A stretch of 64,000 bases of DNA. It comes from Candidatus Bathyarchaeota archaeon (GTDB lineage Archaea; Thermoproteota; Bathyarchaeia; Bathyarchaeales; Bathycorpusculaceae). Of the stretch, positions 10,531-20,359 are shown in pieces (position 1 is the stretch's first letter; each line of letters begins with the position of its first letter). The stretch covers positions 29,182-93,181 of the forward strand of contig JAFGNM010000117.1 of the NCBI GenBank assembly GCA_016927015.1, read 5' to 3'. Below the pieces are notes generated by a model. The model was given only the letters and a program-made list of their open reading frames with translations, did no database searches and had not been told where the DNA came from. Position numbers and translations under genes: made by a program.

Positions 10531-10776
10531 CTATTCTTTTTCTTTTAAAGCAGAAATGGGAAGCTCAACCGAGGATATCATAAGAATGGCTGCGATAATC
10601 AGGATCACGCTTAGTCTAGACAGCAGAAAGTACGGTTGAGCCCATCCATTATTAAAAATTAAGCCAAAGTAGTACAGCGCGCCATTAACCATCTGGTCAA
10701 CATAATAGATCATAATTGATGCGGTAAATAGTAAAACGTCTACAAGAATAACAAAGCCAATTCGAAGTTTAGACAT
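10531..10776 (-). CDS. Small two-TM protein, paralog of 9904 and 47844
   Basis: VDQMVNGALYYFGLIFNNGWAQPYF loop; likely ATG at 10776. Confidence 0.65.
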   Translation of the reverse strand: MSKLRIGFVILVDVLLFTASIMIYYVDQMVNGALYYFGLIFNNGWAQPYFLLSRLSVILIIAAILMISSVELPISALKEKE

Positions 10777-11067
10777 TGCATCACTAGGTCGTTTTTTTAT
10801 AAACTGCAAACAAGCTTTATTTAGTTTTTTCTTGAAGTAAGTCAGATTCAATTGTAGCTGTTTTTTTTGGCGTTGTTATGTCTTTTAAAGTTGCTGGGAG
10901 TAGCTATAGGAGGTTCTCCTTTAATTTATCACTCGCCGTGTGGAATTTGCCGGAAGAGCTTTAGGTTTTTCTTTTTTTATTGTATTTCATCCTAAAAATG
11001 TTAATTTCTACTGTTAAGCTGCAAAAAAGCTTTTACGCTAAATGCATACAAAGTAGAGCGGATAACT

Positions 11068-12126
11068 ATGAGCGCTACAGATGAGTCACTGCAAACTATC
11101 TTGGATGATATTTTAAGGGAATATGTAAGTAACGGCATGAAATTAATGGATCCCGCTTTGAATGAAGAAATTCGTGTGTTGGTAAAATCAAAATTAGCGA
11201 ATGTTCTTCTTGAAAGGCTGAAATCAAGGGTTCTGGATAAATTAGACGTGAGCAAGGAAATCGAAAAAGAGTTTGAAGATGCTGTTCTCAGAACTTGGAG
11301 AAAACCGCTTGATTTGTTGGATTTACTTTTGAATATTTGCTTTGAAGTTGCTAACGATTTCACTTCAGAATATGGAAGAGGAGCCTCTTCAAAACACGGT
11401 TGCGTTCAGGCTGCTTTGGCGAGGCAGCAGGCGAATGCTTGTTTGGTTTTTAATGAAATACTGCATCTTCTTAAAAGTGGATTTCCCAGCGGGGCCCATT
11501 CGCATTGGAGAACCTTGCATGAACTGGCTTGTATGTCTTACTTTATTTCTAAGCATGGAGAAGAGATGGCGAAGAGATTTTTGGATTATGAAGCAGTTGA
11601 GGTTTATTTTCAAGCTGAGGCGATTTATGAGCACCAGCAGAAGATGGAGTGTACCTCTCTGTCAGAAAGCGATTTTAAAGCGTTGAAGAGGGAATTTAAG
11701 GAGATGGAGAAAACCTATGGTTCTGACTTTGTTAAAAAGGTTAATTATCCGTATGGTTGGGTGCCTCGCACGGTTCTTAAAACGCGTTCTTTTAAAGAAA
11801 TGGAGAAGTCAGTGGAACTTGATACGTTTAGACCTTATTACGATTTGGCTGGTTACAACGTGCATGGGGGACAAAACGGGCTTATATTCAAACTGGGAAT
11901 CATGAAAAATAAGAATAAGCGTGTGGTTATTCCTGTTGGGCCAAGCAATTATGGATTGGCGGATCCGGGTAAAAGTGCGGCTATTTCGCTGGGTCAGGTT
12001 ACGGCGTGTCTTTTGCTAGCTGAATCTGGTGTCAAGAGGTTGGTAATTGTTGAAGCCTTGCGCAATTTAGTTGATGAAATCTGCGATGCTTTCTGTGAAA
12101 TCCAAGCAGAGTTTAGCAAAGATTAA
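11068..12126 (+). CDS. DUF5677-like (HEPN-like) protein
   Basis: 352-aa helical ORF with HWRTLHE, YPYGW and YNVHG motifs recalled from DUF5677 proteins. Confidence 0.6.
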   Translation: MSATDESLQTILDDILREYVSNGMKLMDPALNEEIRVLVKSKLANVLLERLKSRVLDKLDVSKEIEKEFEDAVLRTWRKPLDLLDLLLNICFEVANDFTSEYGRGASSKHGCVQAALARQQANACLVFNEILHLLKSGFPSGAHSHWRTLHELACMSYFISKHGEEMAKRFLDYEAVEVYFQAEAIYEHQQKMECTSLSESDFKALKREFKEMEKTYGSDFVKKVNYPYGWVPRTVLKTRSFKEMEKSVELDTFRPYYDLAGYNVHGGQNGLIFKLGIMKNKNKRVVIPVGPSNYGLADPGKSAAISLGQVTACLLLAESGVKRLVIVEALRNLVDEICDAFCEIQAEFSKD

Positions 12127-12323
12127 AAAATCTAGTGGCTTTGTCTATTGGAAGATTTTAGACGGCAACTGTTCAGGTTCTAGCTGTTTTCCAATCCCTG
12201 CTGAAAGGAATCTAATGTTATTTTATGTGGTTTATTCTCTTCGCGTATATTGACATTTTTCAAAATAGGAGTCCCAGAAACTTTGGCTAAACATCATTGC
12301 CTCGCGGAATAATCTGTTTAGCT

Positions 12324-12485
12324 TTACATTTTGCAGTCTCTGTTGTCTTCCTTGGTTTTGCATTGTTCACAGAGGTCAGAAGGCGGTTCTACAGAGGTCT
12401 TTTGGTAGATGTACATTGGATACTGTGTGCAGTTCTTGCACCAATGCCACTTGTCGCTGTCGCTTCCTCTAACATACTCCACCAT
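12324..12485 (-). CDS. 53-aa Cys/His-rich putative metal-binding small protein
   Basis: Manual translation MVEYVRGSDSDKWHWCKNCTQYPMYIYQKTSVEPPSDLCEQCKTKEDNRDCKM*; below the ORF-track cutoff. Confidence 0.7.
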   Translation of the reverse strand: MVEYVRGSDSDKWHWCKNCTQYPMYIYQKTSVEPPSDLCEQCKTKEDNRDCKM

Positions 12486-12564
12486 TCTTTATCATCTCTT
12501 GACATATAGTCAGCAAAACTAGTTTTTATTGCTTGTGAATAGTGGGTGGTGTGGGTTGGGGTGT

Positions 12565-12597
12565 GTTTATATGGTTTGTTTATACGTTTTGTTTATA
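12565..12597 (+). promoter_or_regulatory. Three GTTTATA direct repeats at 13-bp spacing; putative promoter/auto-operator
   Basis: gtttata at 12565, 12578 and 12591, immediately upstream of the RHH-like gene. Confidence 0.5.
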
Positions 12598-12608
12598 CGG
12601 GTGGTTGT

Positions 12609-12950
12609 GTGGTTAAGGTGTTTAAGGGTTTCAGGTTTGATCCTGAGCTTTATGGTGAGTTTAGGCGGTTGGCTGTTGCGGGTGGCGTTACGGTTACGGG
12701 TGTGTTTGAGCGGTTTATGAGCGTGTGTGTTGAGGCTGATGCGGTGGTTTTTCCTGAGCGCGGGGTGGCGGGGTTAGAGGCTGAGGCGCGTGTTCTGGTT
12801 GATTGGTTGCGGAAGGGGAAGCGTTTTTACCGTGGGGGTGGCGGTGTGGACGTGAATATTGCTGGGCGGCTGGTTTGGTTGCTGTCGAGGGTGCGTGATG
12901 CGGATTTGAAAGCGCAGATGGAGAAAGTGTTGAAGGCGTCAGTTCCGTGA
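12609..12950 (+). CDS. Ribbon-helix-helix-like DNA-binding protein
   Basis: KVFKGFRFDPELYGEFRRLA...TVTGVFERFM beta-alpha-alpha pattern; GTG start after GGTGGT. Confidence 0.6.
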   Translation: MVKVFKGFRFDPELYGEFRRLAVAGGVTVTGVFERFMSVCVEADAVVFPERGVAGLEAEARVLVDWLRKGKRFYRGGGGVDVNIAGRLVWLLSRVRDADLKAQMEKVLKASVP

Positions 12951-13011
12951 CAGTAACTAGCGGGTCTTTTCGAGCTTGCTATTTGAGAAGCAACGTTGAT
13001 AGCGTTGCTTG

Positions 13012-13049
13012 TACTATTAGATTGGGGTTCGAATCCCTTCCCCGGCGCT
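13012..13049 (+). repeat. tRNA 3'-end-like direct repeat (att-like), copy 1
   Basis: attggggttcgaatcccttccccggcgct: T-loop TTCGAAT, acceptor strand CCCCGGC, discriminator G; no 5' half of a tRNA upstream. Confidence 0.8.
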
Positions 13050-13209
13050 GTTTTTCATTTAGAGGCCTGTTTTAGGTTATTCTAGGTAAATTACCTTGTT
13101 TTGCTACAAACTCCGGGTTATTGGCTGCTTGAGAAATGGCGTTTCCTCGGATATATATTAAAATAATTGCTGCTACAAAAGCAATTTAGGAATAAGTGTT
13201 AAATATGCC

Positions 13210-16200
13210 TTGTTTCCGACCATGTACCGAGGGGGAGAGGTTCTGAATAAATGGGTTTGTGCTGTCTTAGGGATCTTTCTCATACTGCTGTTGTGTGGCA
13301 CTGAAGCCATTGCCCCTTTTGAAAATTTTATAAATGCAGATTTGCCGCAGTCGCAAACCAGTACGGGTTTAAAAAGTGTTGTTGAAAGTCTGACGGCTTA
13401 CACTTCTCCTCAGGATCAGGTGGATTCTGATGGAGACGGCATCTACGATAGAGTAGAGGTTGTTATAGGAACCGACTTAAACAATACCGATTCAGACTTT
13501 GATCAGCTAACTGATTCTTACGAGATAGATAACGATTTAGATCCTTTGAGTCCTGATTCGAACAATGACGGATTAGCTGACTACTACGAAGTAACCGACG
13601 TGCTTTCTCTTGATGTTGATGGAGACAACGTCCCTAATGCTTGGGACTTCGACAACGATGGAGATGGCGTAGACGATGGTCTAGACTTGTCTCCTTTTGC
13701 CAAATCCACTATAAACAAAAGCTTCCATTTTGACATCGCAACAAATGGTTTACCCACGTACATTACCTTTCAATTGAGGCCACAGAATCCGGAATACCTG
13801 AAGCTTGTGAACCAGTTTTGGAACTGGCCGACTGACAAAGAAGGGATAATGAAAGATCTGGACAACTCCATGGAGGACGTGCAGGTTGTTCCAATGCTCA
13901 ATCTAAGCGCAAATATTATCCCTGAAGAATCCGAGGTAATAAATTATGGGATAACTACGGAATCAAACCAAGCATACGTTCCATTATACTCGGTTGCTGA
14001 ATTTGGAAATGTTGTGGCTTTCAGCGGCAAAATGTTCTATCCACTCGGTCCTTCGCTAAACCTCTCCATGAACGCGGAGCTAATCTGGCAAGTTATAGGC
14101 AAATCCGACGTGAACACTACGGCTTTACTAGCTCAAAATGGAAAATATATTTCCGTATTTGGCAGTGGAACAGTTGTTGCTAATAGTAGCGAAATCAGTA
14201 TCGGAGAAACGTTACAGTGGGTGGATTTAGGCGCCAATACGGCGGCTTTTAGAGCCTTCAACGGACTGTACTTGTCGGTCGCAGATAACGGCGCGATAGT
14301 TGCTAACGCTAGCGAAATCGGCGACCGCGAGATGTTCGAGTTAAGTGATAATGCAGGCGGCAGAACAGCTCTCAAGGCATACAATAAAAAGTACTTGACT
14401 GTCAACAGCGACGGGACTTTGGCGGCAAGTGGTACCGGAAAAAAATGGAATTATTATTACAAGCGATGGGTGTCTTATTCCGATTTTAAAATGGCTAAAA
14501 CAGATGTGCTTTCAGAAAATTTGGTTCTAGCTACCTACAAAGAGCCATTTATGCTCACAGGTCTTACGGTTGAAGAAAACTACGGCTCTAGTTTCGGGTT
14601 GTTTTTCAGCCATGACAAGAACCAAACAATAGCAGCCAACATCTTACTAGCCTATAACTTTCTAAGAAATTCAACAACTCAATTATCAGAAATGCCCGCC
14701 ATACTTGCCGAATACGATTCGGAAGTTTTCAGTCAAATCGATTGGTTCGGACACAAGGATGAAGCTTTAATATCGCTTGCAACTGAGGCAATGCCAAACG
14801 TTCTGAATTCACTACACGCAGGTGCAGGCTCGCAAATTCTGCCCATAATAACATCAATGGAGGATCATTTTGCTAGTCTTGACATGGCACAATTGATATC
14901 AGGCTCATACGTTATGGGCTCATATTGCAATGCGACTCTGAATTACGAACCCGTTGTGACTTCGAAGAGCTTGAAAGTGGATTTGTATAACACCACCAGC
15001 TACGAAGCCCTTGAAATAGACGAAATAATGGTCGAAGTAGAGCAGTGGGAACAAGACGAGGAAGCATCCTTCCAATTAATGAGTATGATCGCAGCTTGGA
15101 ACGCTGGCGAGCAGTTCATCACAAGCGTTGGTTCAAATAAAACGGAGTTCGATTTTTTTGGCGACTATTTGAATATCTTTAAGGATGTAGCAAAATATGG
15201 CTTTAAGACTTTCAAAGCTTATTCGCAGGCGTTTCGCGGTTATGAAGCATACCGAATCGTTAGTAGTACATTAACAAAACTAACCAAACAAGGTTGGAGC
15301 ATCGGCGGAAAAACTTTAAGCAGCATGTTTAAAGTTTGGAAAGCAAATTTCAAAAGAATTGGATCCGCTAAAACTGGCACATTTGCCGCTTTCAAGAGGA
15401 TAGGTTATGTCTTAGACATGGTTGGAGCGCTCCTTGAGACGGGGATAGCACTCTACTCGCTATTCCAGATCCTCGACAGCGGCTTGACCCCGATGGGCTT
15501 AAACACAGCTCTATTGAAACTGCTAATGACATATTTTTATTCGATGACGCTTGCAATGATTGGCGTTATTCCTGTTGTTGGCTGGCTAATCTCTTTAGCA
15601 ATCGCGCTATCTGATCTTATAGGCAACTGGTCAGAGAAACTTTTCAACGCAATCTTAGCTGCAATGACAAAAGTCACAGCTCAAGTAGATCCAAGCATCA
15701 GCCTTGCAGGCGAACCTTCGCTGTCAATAATTGATAAAGACGGAAATGGACTGGACGTTGGCGACCGTATTGAATACTATGCACGCATGATTGGTAAGGT
15801 CTCCAGTTGGGATTCCTGGTGTTTGAGCAGCAGCTACATTCATCCTTATGTTAAAATAGTAAATCCAGCCGGAACCAACTCCACAGTGGAACCTTTCTCT
15901 GAGACCTTATGGGGTTTTATGGCCAAAGATCTTGGAAAAAAGGGGAACGATATTTGGCTTTGGCTTCCGATACCGCCGAAGAGCACTTGGAACGTTACTT
16001 CAGGTCCAGGATGGCGCGCGCAGGAATATGACGTGGGCGGATGGATAGAGCCTGGAATAGCTATGCCAAATTTCCCAGTAACTGTTCAAACATATGCAGA
16101 ATACGAGCTTGCATATAAGTGGAAGCACTTCGTTTTCCTCGTGTTCTATGGCTTTTGGTGCCATCATAAAGGTCGTAATGCAGGCATAATGAAGTCGCAG

Positions 16201-18456
16201 ACGACCCCAATGGGTAGTGAAACGTTCTATTTTGATGTGCTTCCAGCTAGTCTTTCTGATTTCGTAAAGTGGAAGAGTATAAAGCGGCTCGACACAGACT
16301 TCGATGGACTAATAAATACAGCAGAGACTGCCAGTAGTCCTTTGTTATACGATACTGACGGAGATGGCTTGAATGACAAATACGAATTAGACACAGGTAC
16401 TAACCCAAAACTCTTCGATACAGACCAGGATGGATTAAACGACAAGCTTGAGCTAGTTTACGGCACAAACGCAACAGACATCGATACTGACGGCGACGGG
16501 CTTTCAGATTACGCAGAAATTACCGGTTGGATAAGTGTCTTCGACTACGAAGGAAACCAAGTTGTTTTACATGTAACTTCTAACCCGCTACTGCTTGACA
16601 CAGACGTCGATGGTTTGAATGACAACCTCGAATGCTCAAGCAGACTGAATCCGAAATCTAAAGATACTGACGGCGACGGAATTATCGATCAAGAACGAAC
16701 GCCTCCTGACCTGCCCGCATATCTTGTCGATAGTGATGAGGACGGGTTGAACGATAACGCCGAGGAAGTAGGTTGGAACATCGCCTTCACTAACGCAACA
16801 GACACCTACACTCTTACGGTTACGAGTGAGCCTTTGCTGAAAGACACAGATTTTGATGGTCTTACAGATTACCAAGAGTACAATATGTCATCTAACCCCA
16901 GAACCCCAGACACAGACGGCGACGGACTCAATGATTATTTTGAAAATGAATTAGGCACAAACCTTACCTTATTTGATACTGACGGCGACGGACTCGATGA
17001 TGGAACTGAACTAACCTTAAATGGCAGCCCAACAAGCAGCGATACTGACGGCGACGGATTGCTTGACCTTGACGAAATCAATTTAGGCACAGACTTGGGA
17101 AATAACGATACCGATTCAGACAAGCTCAATGACTTACAAGAGGTCCTATTTGGGTCTGATCCGACTTTGCCTGATACAGATGATGATTTATTGTTCGACA
17201 GTCAAGAATTCATTTTAGGCACTGACCCAACGTGTAATGACTCCGACACCGACGGTCTTCTCGACGGTTGGGAAATTATTTATGAGACTAACCCCTTGAA
17301 CAATGACTCCGACAACGACCTCGTTCTGGATGGAGAAGAGATCAAGTGGGGTCTGAATCCAACGTCGAATGACACCGACGTTGACGAGCTCCTGGATGGT
17401 ATCGAACTGCAACTGGGCACGGATCCCCGCAACCCTGACACCGACTTTGACGGATTACTTGACTCTGAAGATCCTGACACTTACGTTCCAAATGTGAAAC
17501 AGGTTGTCCTCGCCTTCGACTACAACTCGGATCCCACCGAATTCATAACGAACCTTTCATTGTACACCAATGTCACCGTTGTTTCACCTGAAGAGTTGCT
17601 CGAAAACTATTCAGGTGCCCCATACATTGTCCTGGTGGGCAGACCCAACACCGAGAACGGAACAGTTGGCAACATAATTTACAATCTCTTGCAGGATTCC
17701 GGAGAAGTCCTCGCAAACATGACAGAATCAGACGCTTATAGGTTTGCCATCCGTTATGGAGTATGGAACAACACACAGACTGTACTGACTCTTTCACAGC
17801 CCTATTTTGCAGATCACTTCAGAGTACTTGAAATTCTAAAAAGCAAAAACGTAACAATCCTGCCTGACTCTCTGACTGTTGACTACCAAATTCTTGCTGC
17901 CCCCGGATGCGACGTGGGCAATTACTCGATTTACTTCATCACAGACGAAATGGACATGGTTAAGACAACAGACTCTGTAATAGCAGTTGGCCTCGATGAG
18001 TCAGTAAAGCCTAGTGTTCAGATTAACAGATACAACGACACAACTACATCACATGTTCTGACCTATTGTTCTGGATTATCATGCTCCGAAAAAGCTGTTG
18101 GAAGGTATCTGGAAATAAAAGTAAGTGAAAACGTTCAGAACGCAACCAACGACAATCTCACAGCCGCTCTGATTCAAATCTACTATACAAAGGATGACTT
18201 GGATACAAACGGTGACGGAGACATAGATGATCCGGAAGATTTAGACGAGACTACTTTGGTGCTGTACTACTTCAGTGAGCATTTAGGTAAATGGACAAAA
18301 ATTGGCACGAACTTGGATTGGGTTATGGATATCGGAGTCAACTCTACAAATGTTGAGGTTTACGGCACGCAGTATGAAGGCTACATATGGGCTTATGTTA
18401 CGCAATTGCCTCCCTTCTATGCGATTGCGGGGAAGGAAATCGGGCAGGGCTGCTAA
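13210..18456 (+). CDS. 1748-aa secreted multidomain protein: DxDxDG Ca-binding repeats, fascin-like beta-trefoil, central hydrophobic region, surface-protein-like C-terminus
   Basis: N-terminal signal-like stretch; many D(T/S)DxDGL repeats; three AxNGxY(L/I)(S/T)V repeats; hydrophobic IPVVGW segment. Confidence 0.75.
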   Translation: MFPTMYRGGEVLNKWVCAVLGIFLILLLCGTEAIAPFENFINADLPQSQTSTGLKSVVESLTAYTSPQDQVDSDGDGIYDRVEVVIGTDLNNTDSDFDQLTDSYEIDNDLDPLSPDSNNDGLADYYEVTDVLSLDVDGDNVPNAWDFDNDGDGVDDGLDLSPFAKSTINKSFHFDIATNGLPTYITFQLRPQNPEYLKLVNQFWNWPTDKEGIMKDLDNSMEDVQVVPMLNLSANIIPEESEVINYGITTESNQAYVPLYSVAEFGNVVAFSGKMFYPLGPSLNLSMNAELIWQVIGKSDVNTTALLAQNGKYISVFGSGTVVANSSEISIGETLQWVDLGANTAAFRAFNGLYLSVADNGAIVANASEIGDREMFELSDNAGGRTALKAYNKKYLTVNSDGTLAASGTGKKWNYYYKRWVSYSDFKMAKTDVLSENLVLATYKEPFMLTGLTVEENYGSSFGLFFSHDKNQTIAANILLAYNFLRNSTTQLSEMPAILAEYDSEVFSQIDWFGHKDEALISLATEAMPNVLNSLHAGAGSQILPIITSMEDHFASLDMAQLISGSYVMGSYCNATLNYEPVVTSKSLKVDLYNTTSYEALEIDEIMVEVEQWEQDEEASFQLMSMIAAWNAGEQFITSVGSNKTEFDFFGDYLNIFKDVAKYGFKTFKAYSQAFRGYEAYRIVSSTLTKLTKQGWSIGGKTLSSMFKVWKANFKRIGSAKTGTFAAFKRIGYVLDMVGALLETGIALYSLFQILDSGLTPMGLNTALLKLLMTYFYSMTLAMIGVIPVVGWLISLAIALSDLIGNWSEKLFNAILAAMTKVTAQVDPSISLAGEPSLSIIDKDGNGLDVGDRIEYYARMIGKVSSWDSWCLSSSYIHPYVKIVNPAGTNSTVEPFSETLWGFMAKDLGKKGNDIWLWLPIPPKSTWNVTSGPGWRAQEYDVGGWIEPGIAMPNFPVTVQTYAEYELAYKWKHFVFLVFYGFWCHHKGRNAGIMKSQTTPMGSETFYFDVLPASLSDFVKWKSIKRLDTDFDGLINTAETASSPLLYDTDGDGLNDKYELDTGTNPKLFDTDQDGLNDKLELVYGTNATDIDTDGDGLSDYAEITGWISVFDYEGNQVVLHVTSNPLLLDTDVDGLNDNLECSSRLNPKSKDTDGDGIIDQERTPPDLPAYLVDSDEDGLNDNAEEVGWNIAFTNATDTYTLTVTSEPLLKDTDFDGLTDYQEYNMSSNPRTPDTDGDGLNDYFENELGTNLTLFDTDGDGLDDGTELTLNGSPTSSDTDGDGLLDLDEINLGTDLGNNDTDSDKLNDLQEVLFGSDPTLPDTDDDLLFDSQEFILGTDPTCNDSDTDGLLDGWEIIYETNPLNNDSDNDLVLDGEEIKWGLNPTSNDTDVDELLDGIELQLGTDPRNPDTDFDGLLDSEDPDTYVPNVKQVVLAFDYNSDPTEFITNLSLYTNVTVVSPEELLENYSGAPYIVLVGRPNTENGTVGNIIYNLLQDSGEVLANMTESDAYRFAIRYGVWNNTQTVLTLSQPYFADHFRVLEILKSKNVTILPDSLTVDYQILAAPGCDVGNYSIYFITDEMDMVKTTDSVIAVGLDESVKPSVQINRYNDTTTSHVLTYCSGLSCSEKAVGRYLEIKVSENVQNATNDNLTAALIQIYYTKDDLDTNGDGDIDDPEDLDETTLVLYYFSEHLGKWTKIGTNLDWVMDIGVNSTNVEVYGTQYEGYIWAYVTQLPPFYAIAGKEIGQGC

Positions 18457-18459
18457 AAA

Positions 18460-20184
18460 ATGAAAAAGATTAAACGCATATGCATTCTATCGATTACTCT
18501 TCTACTTCTGCTTTTGGTGTCAGCAATGTCTGCACAAAGTGAAACCGCGCCTCCAACAGGGTTAAACTCACTTTTTTACACGCCAAATGGGACTATTTTG
18601 CTCAGTTACAGCAATAACACATATTTTGTTGTTAAAGACTCCCTCGGCGTTATCTCTTGGAACGGCACACTAGACAAAGGAACCATTATGCAATTACCTC
18701 TCGAAGCTGGGATCTACTCAGTTAGCGCCTCTAAACCTTACACGCTACTTGTTGGTGCTCCCCAAACAGAAAGTGTAGTCGGCTATTTTGCAATTGACGC
18801 AAATGGCAAAGGAACGAGCAAAGATTTATACTCGTACATACCGCCTCCTGATCCTTTGTATGCTGGCAACAGGTTCATTATTTTTTCTTACGAAGAAGAT
18901 ACTAATGTTACCGTAACAGATGTAAATACTGACGCCGTTCTGTGGCAAGGAATTCTCAACGAGAGCCAGCACTTCAGTCAAGACCTAAACAATTCTACAT
19001 GGCAGAACAAAACTGTTCACGTAGAATGCAATAAGCCAGTTTCAGCACTGTGCTACCTTGACCAAGGCTTTATCGTGCCTTCATCTACCGGACTTTTTAC
19101 CGGGAATCTGTTCTACGCTTTCGCTAGTAACATTACCAACGGCAACAACGACCTAAATGTAATTGGGTACCATGACAACACTGAGATTACCATAACCAAC
19201 ACGATTTCGCAGGCTCTAATCTGGAACGGAACCCTACACACCGGAGAAGTTCACAGCGAAGTTTTCGCAAAACCCACTTATCTGACTGTTGAGAGCAACC
19301 AAAGCGTTGCCGTAACAGTTGATCCATACCCAACTTGGCCAATAATGTATCAAGCAGCATTGTACGCATCAGACGTCAATGGAAACTTTATTGGAAACCA
19401 ATTCTTTGCTACAGCAAGAGGAGGCGGATACCTCCGCATTTTAGCCTACGCAAATGACACTAATGTGAGCGTGACGGATCAAACAACGTCTACCTTGCTT
19501 TGGAATGGAACATTGAATAGAATGGAGTCATATACAGGACCGACGTCGCATACAGTTTATAAAATTACGAGTGACAAGTATGTTTCAGTGCTGGAAGGAT
19601 ATGGTGGATGGAGCTCCGCATTCGCCCCCTTATACTACACAATTGACACGCAGCCACCAACAATAGGCACACCTATCCATGTGCCGCAAAATCCTACAGC
19701 AACACAAGATGTTCAAGTAAATGTGGACGTGATTGATGACATGAGCGGGGTCCAAATGGTAATTCTCTCTCACAGTGATGACACATTATGGCAAAACATC
19801 ACTATGACGTGGAGCGGAGGAAACACTTACACTGCAAACATAACCACGCTCCCTTCTCAGACACAACTGAAATACAAACTCATCGCATATGACAACCTTA
19901 ACAACACAGCGACAAGCAGCCAAACAACCCTAACAGTCACCCCTCAACCTTCCCCAACACCTTCACCTACACCAAGTTCATCGCCCTCTCCTACCCCATC
20001 ACCTTCTCCTACTTCATCTCCAAGTCCCTCGCCTTCTCCTTCTCCGAGTATCTCGCCGTCGGCGCCACCATCAAAACCTTTTACCATGGAGCCTTTCTCT
20101 GTGCTGTTTATTGTAGCGGGTATAGTAATAGTAGCTTTGGTTGCAATGGGTCTCAGGCTATACTTCAAGAAACGTAATCAGTGA
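18460..20184 (+). CDS. Membrane-anchored surface protein with IgGFc-binding-like repeats, P/S/T linker and C-terminal TM
   Basis: Signal peptide; four (L/I/S)WxGxL repeats; (PS/PT)n linker at ~19939-20070; TM followed by KKR. Confidence 0.75.
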   Translation: MKKIKRICILSITLLLLLLVSAMSAQSETAPPTGLNSLFYTPNGTILLSYSNNTYFVVKDSLGVISWNGTLDKGTIMQLPLEAGIYSVSASKPYTLLVGAPQTESVVGYFAIDANGKGTSKDLYSYIPPPDPLYAGNRFIIFSYEEDTNVTVTDVNTDAVLWQGILNESQHFSQDLNNSTWQNKTVHVECNKPVSALCYLDQGFIVPSSTGLFTGNLFYAFASNITNGNNDLNVIGYHDNTEITITNTISQALIWNGTLHTGEVHSEVFAKPTYLTVESNQSVAVTVDPYPTWPIMYQAALYASDVNGNFIGNQFFATARGGGYLRILAYANDTNVSVTDQTTSTLLWNGTLNRMESYTGPTSHTVYKITSDKYVSVLEGYGGWSSAFAPLYYTIDTQPPTIGTPIHVPQNPTATQDVQVNVDVIDDMSGVQMVILSHSDDTLWQNITMTWSGGNTYTANITTLPSQTQLKYKLIAYDNLNNTATSSQTTLTVTPQPSPTPSPTPSSSPSPTPSPSPTSSPSPSPSPSPSISPSAPPSKPFTMEPFSVLFIVAGIVIVALVAMGLRLYFKKRNQ

Positions 20185-20359
20185 ACTGAAAAGTTCATCA
20201 TTTTCGCTTCCTACTTCTTTAGGGGACGTTTGAATTTAAACCGACGACCTTCACCTGGAAAAAGCATGTAAGACAGGTACTATATTGTAACCTACTAAAT
20301 CGAATGTATGCAAAATCAGCAGAAGAAGAAAATGTGGCTCTCACGAATTCCCTCATTTT

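Noticed and set aside
12297..12509. 70-aa plus-strand ORF
   Set aside because: Antisense to the better-supported 53-aa Cys-rich ORF.
12960..13050. Intact tRNA gene (also considered at 20310-20400)
   Set aside because: Only the T-arm and acceptor 3' strand are present; no GCCGGGG 5' strand, D-arm or anticodon arm upstream.
16290..17480. Recurrent DNA motif gatactgacggcgacgga
   Set aside because: It is explained by the encoded DTDGDG protein repeats; in frame, with synonymous variation.
19939..20070. C/T-rich low-complexity tandem repeat
   Set aside because: Encodes the Pro/Ser/Thr linker of the 574-aa protein.
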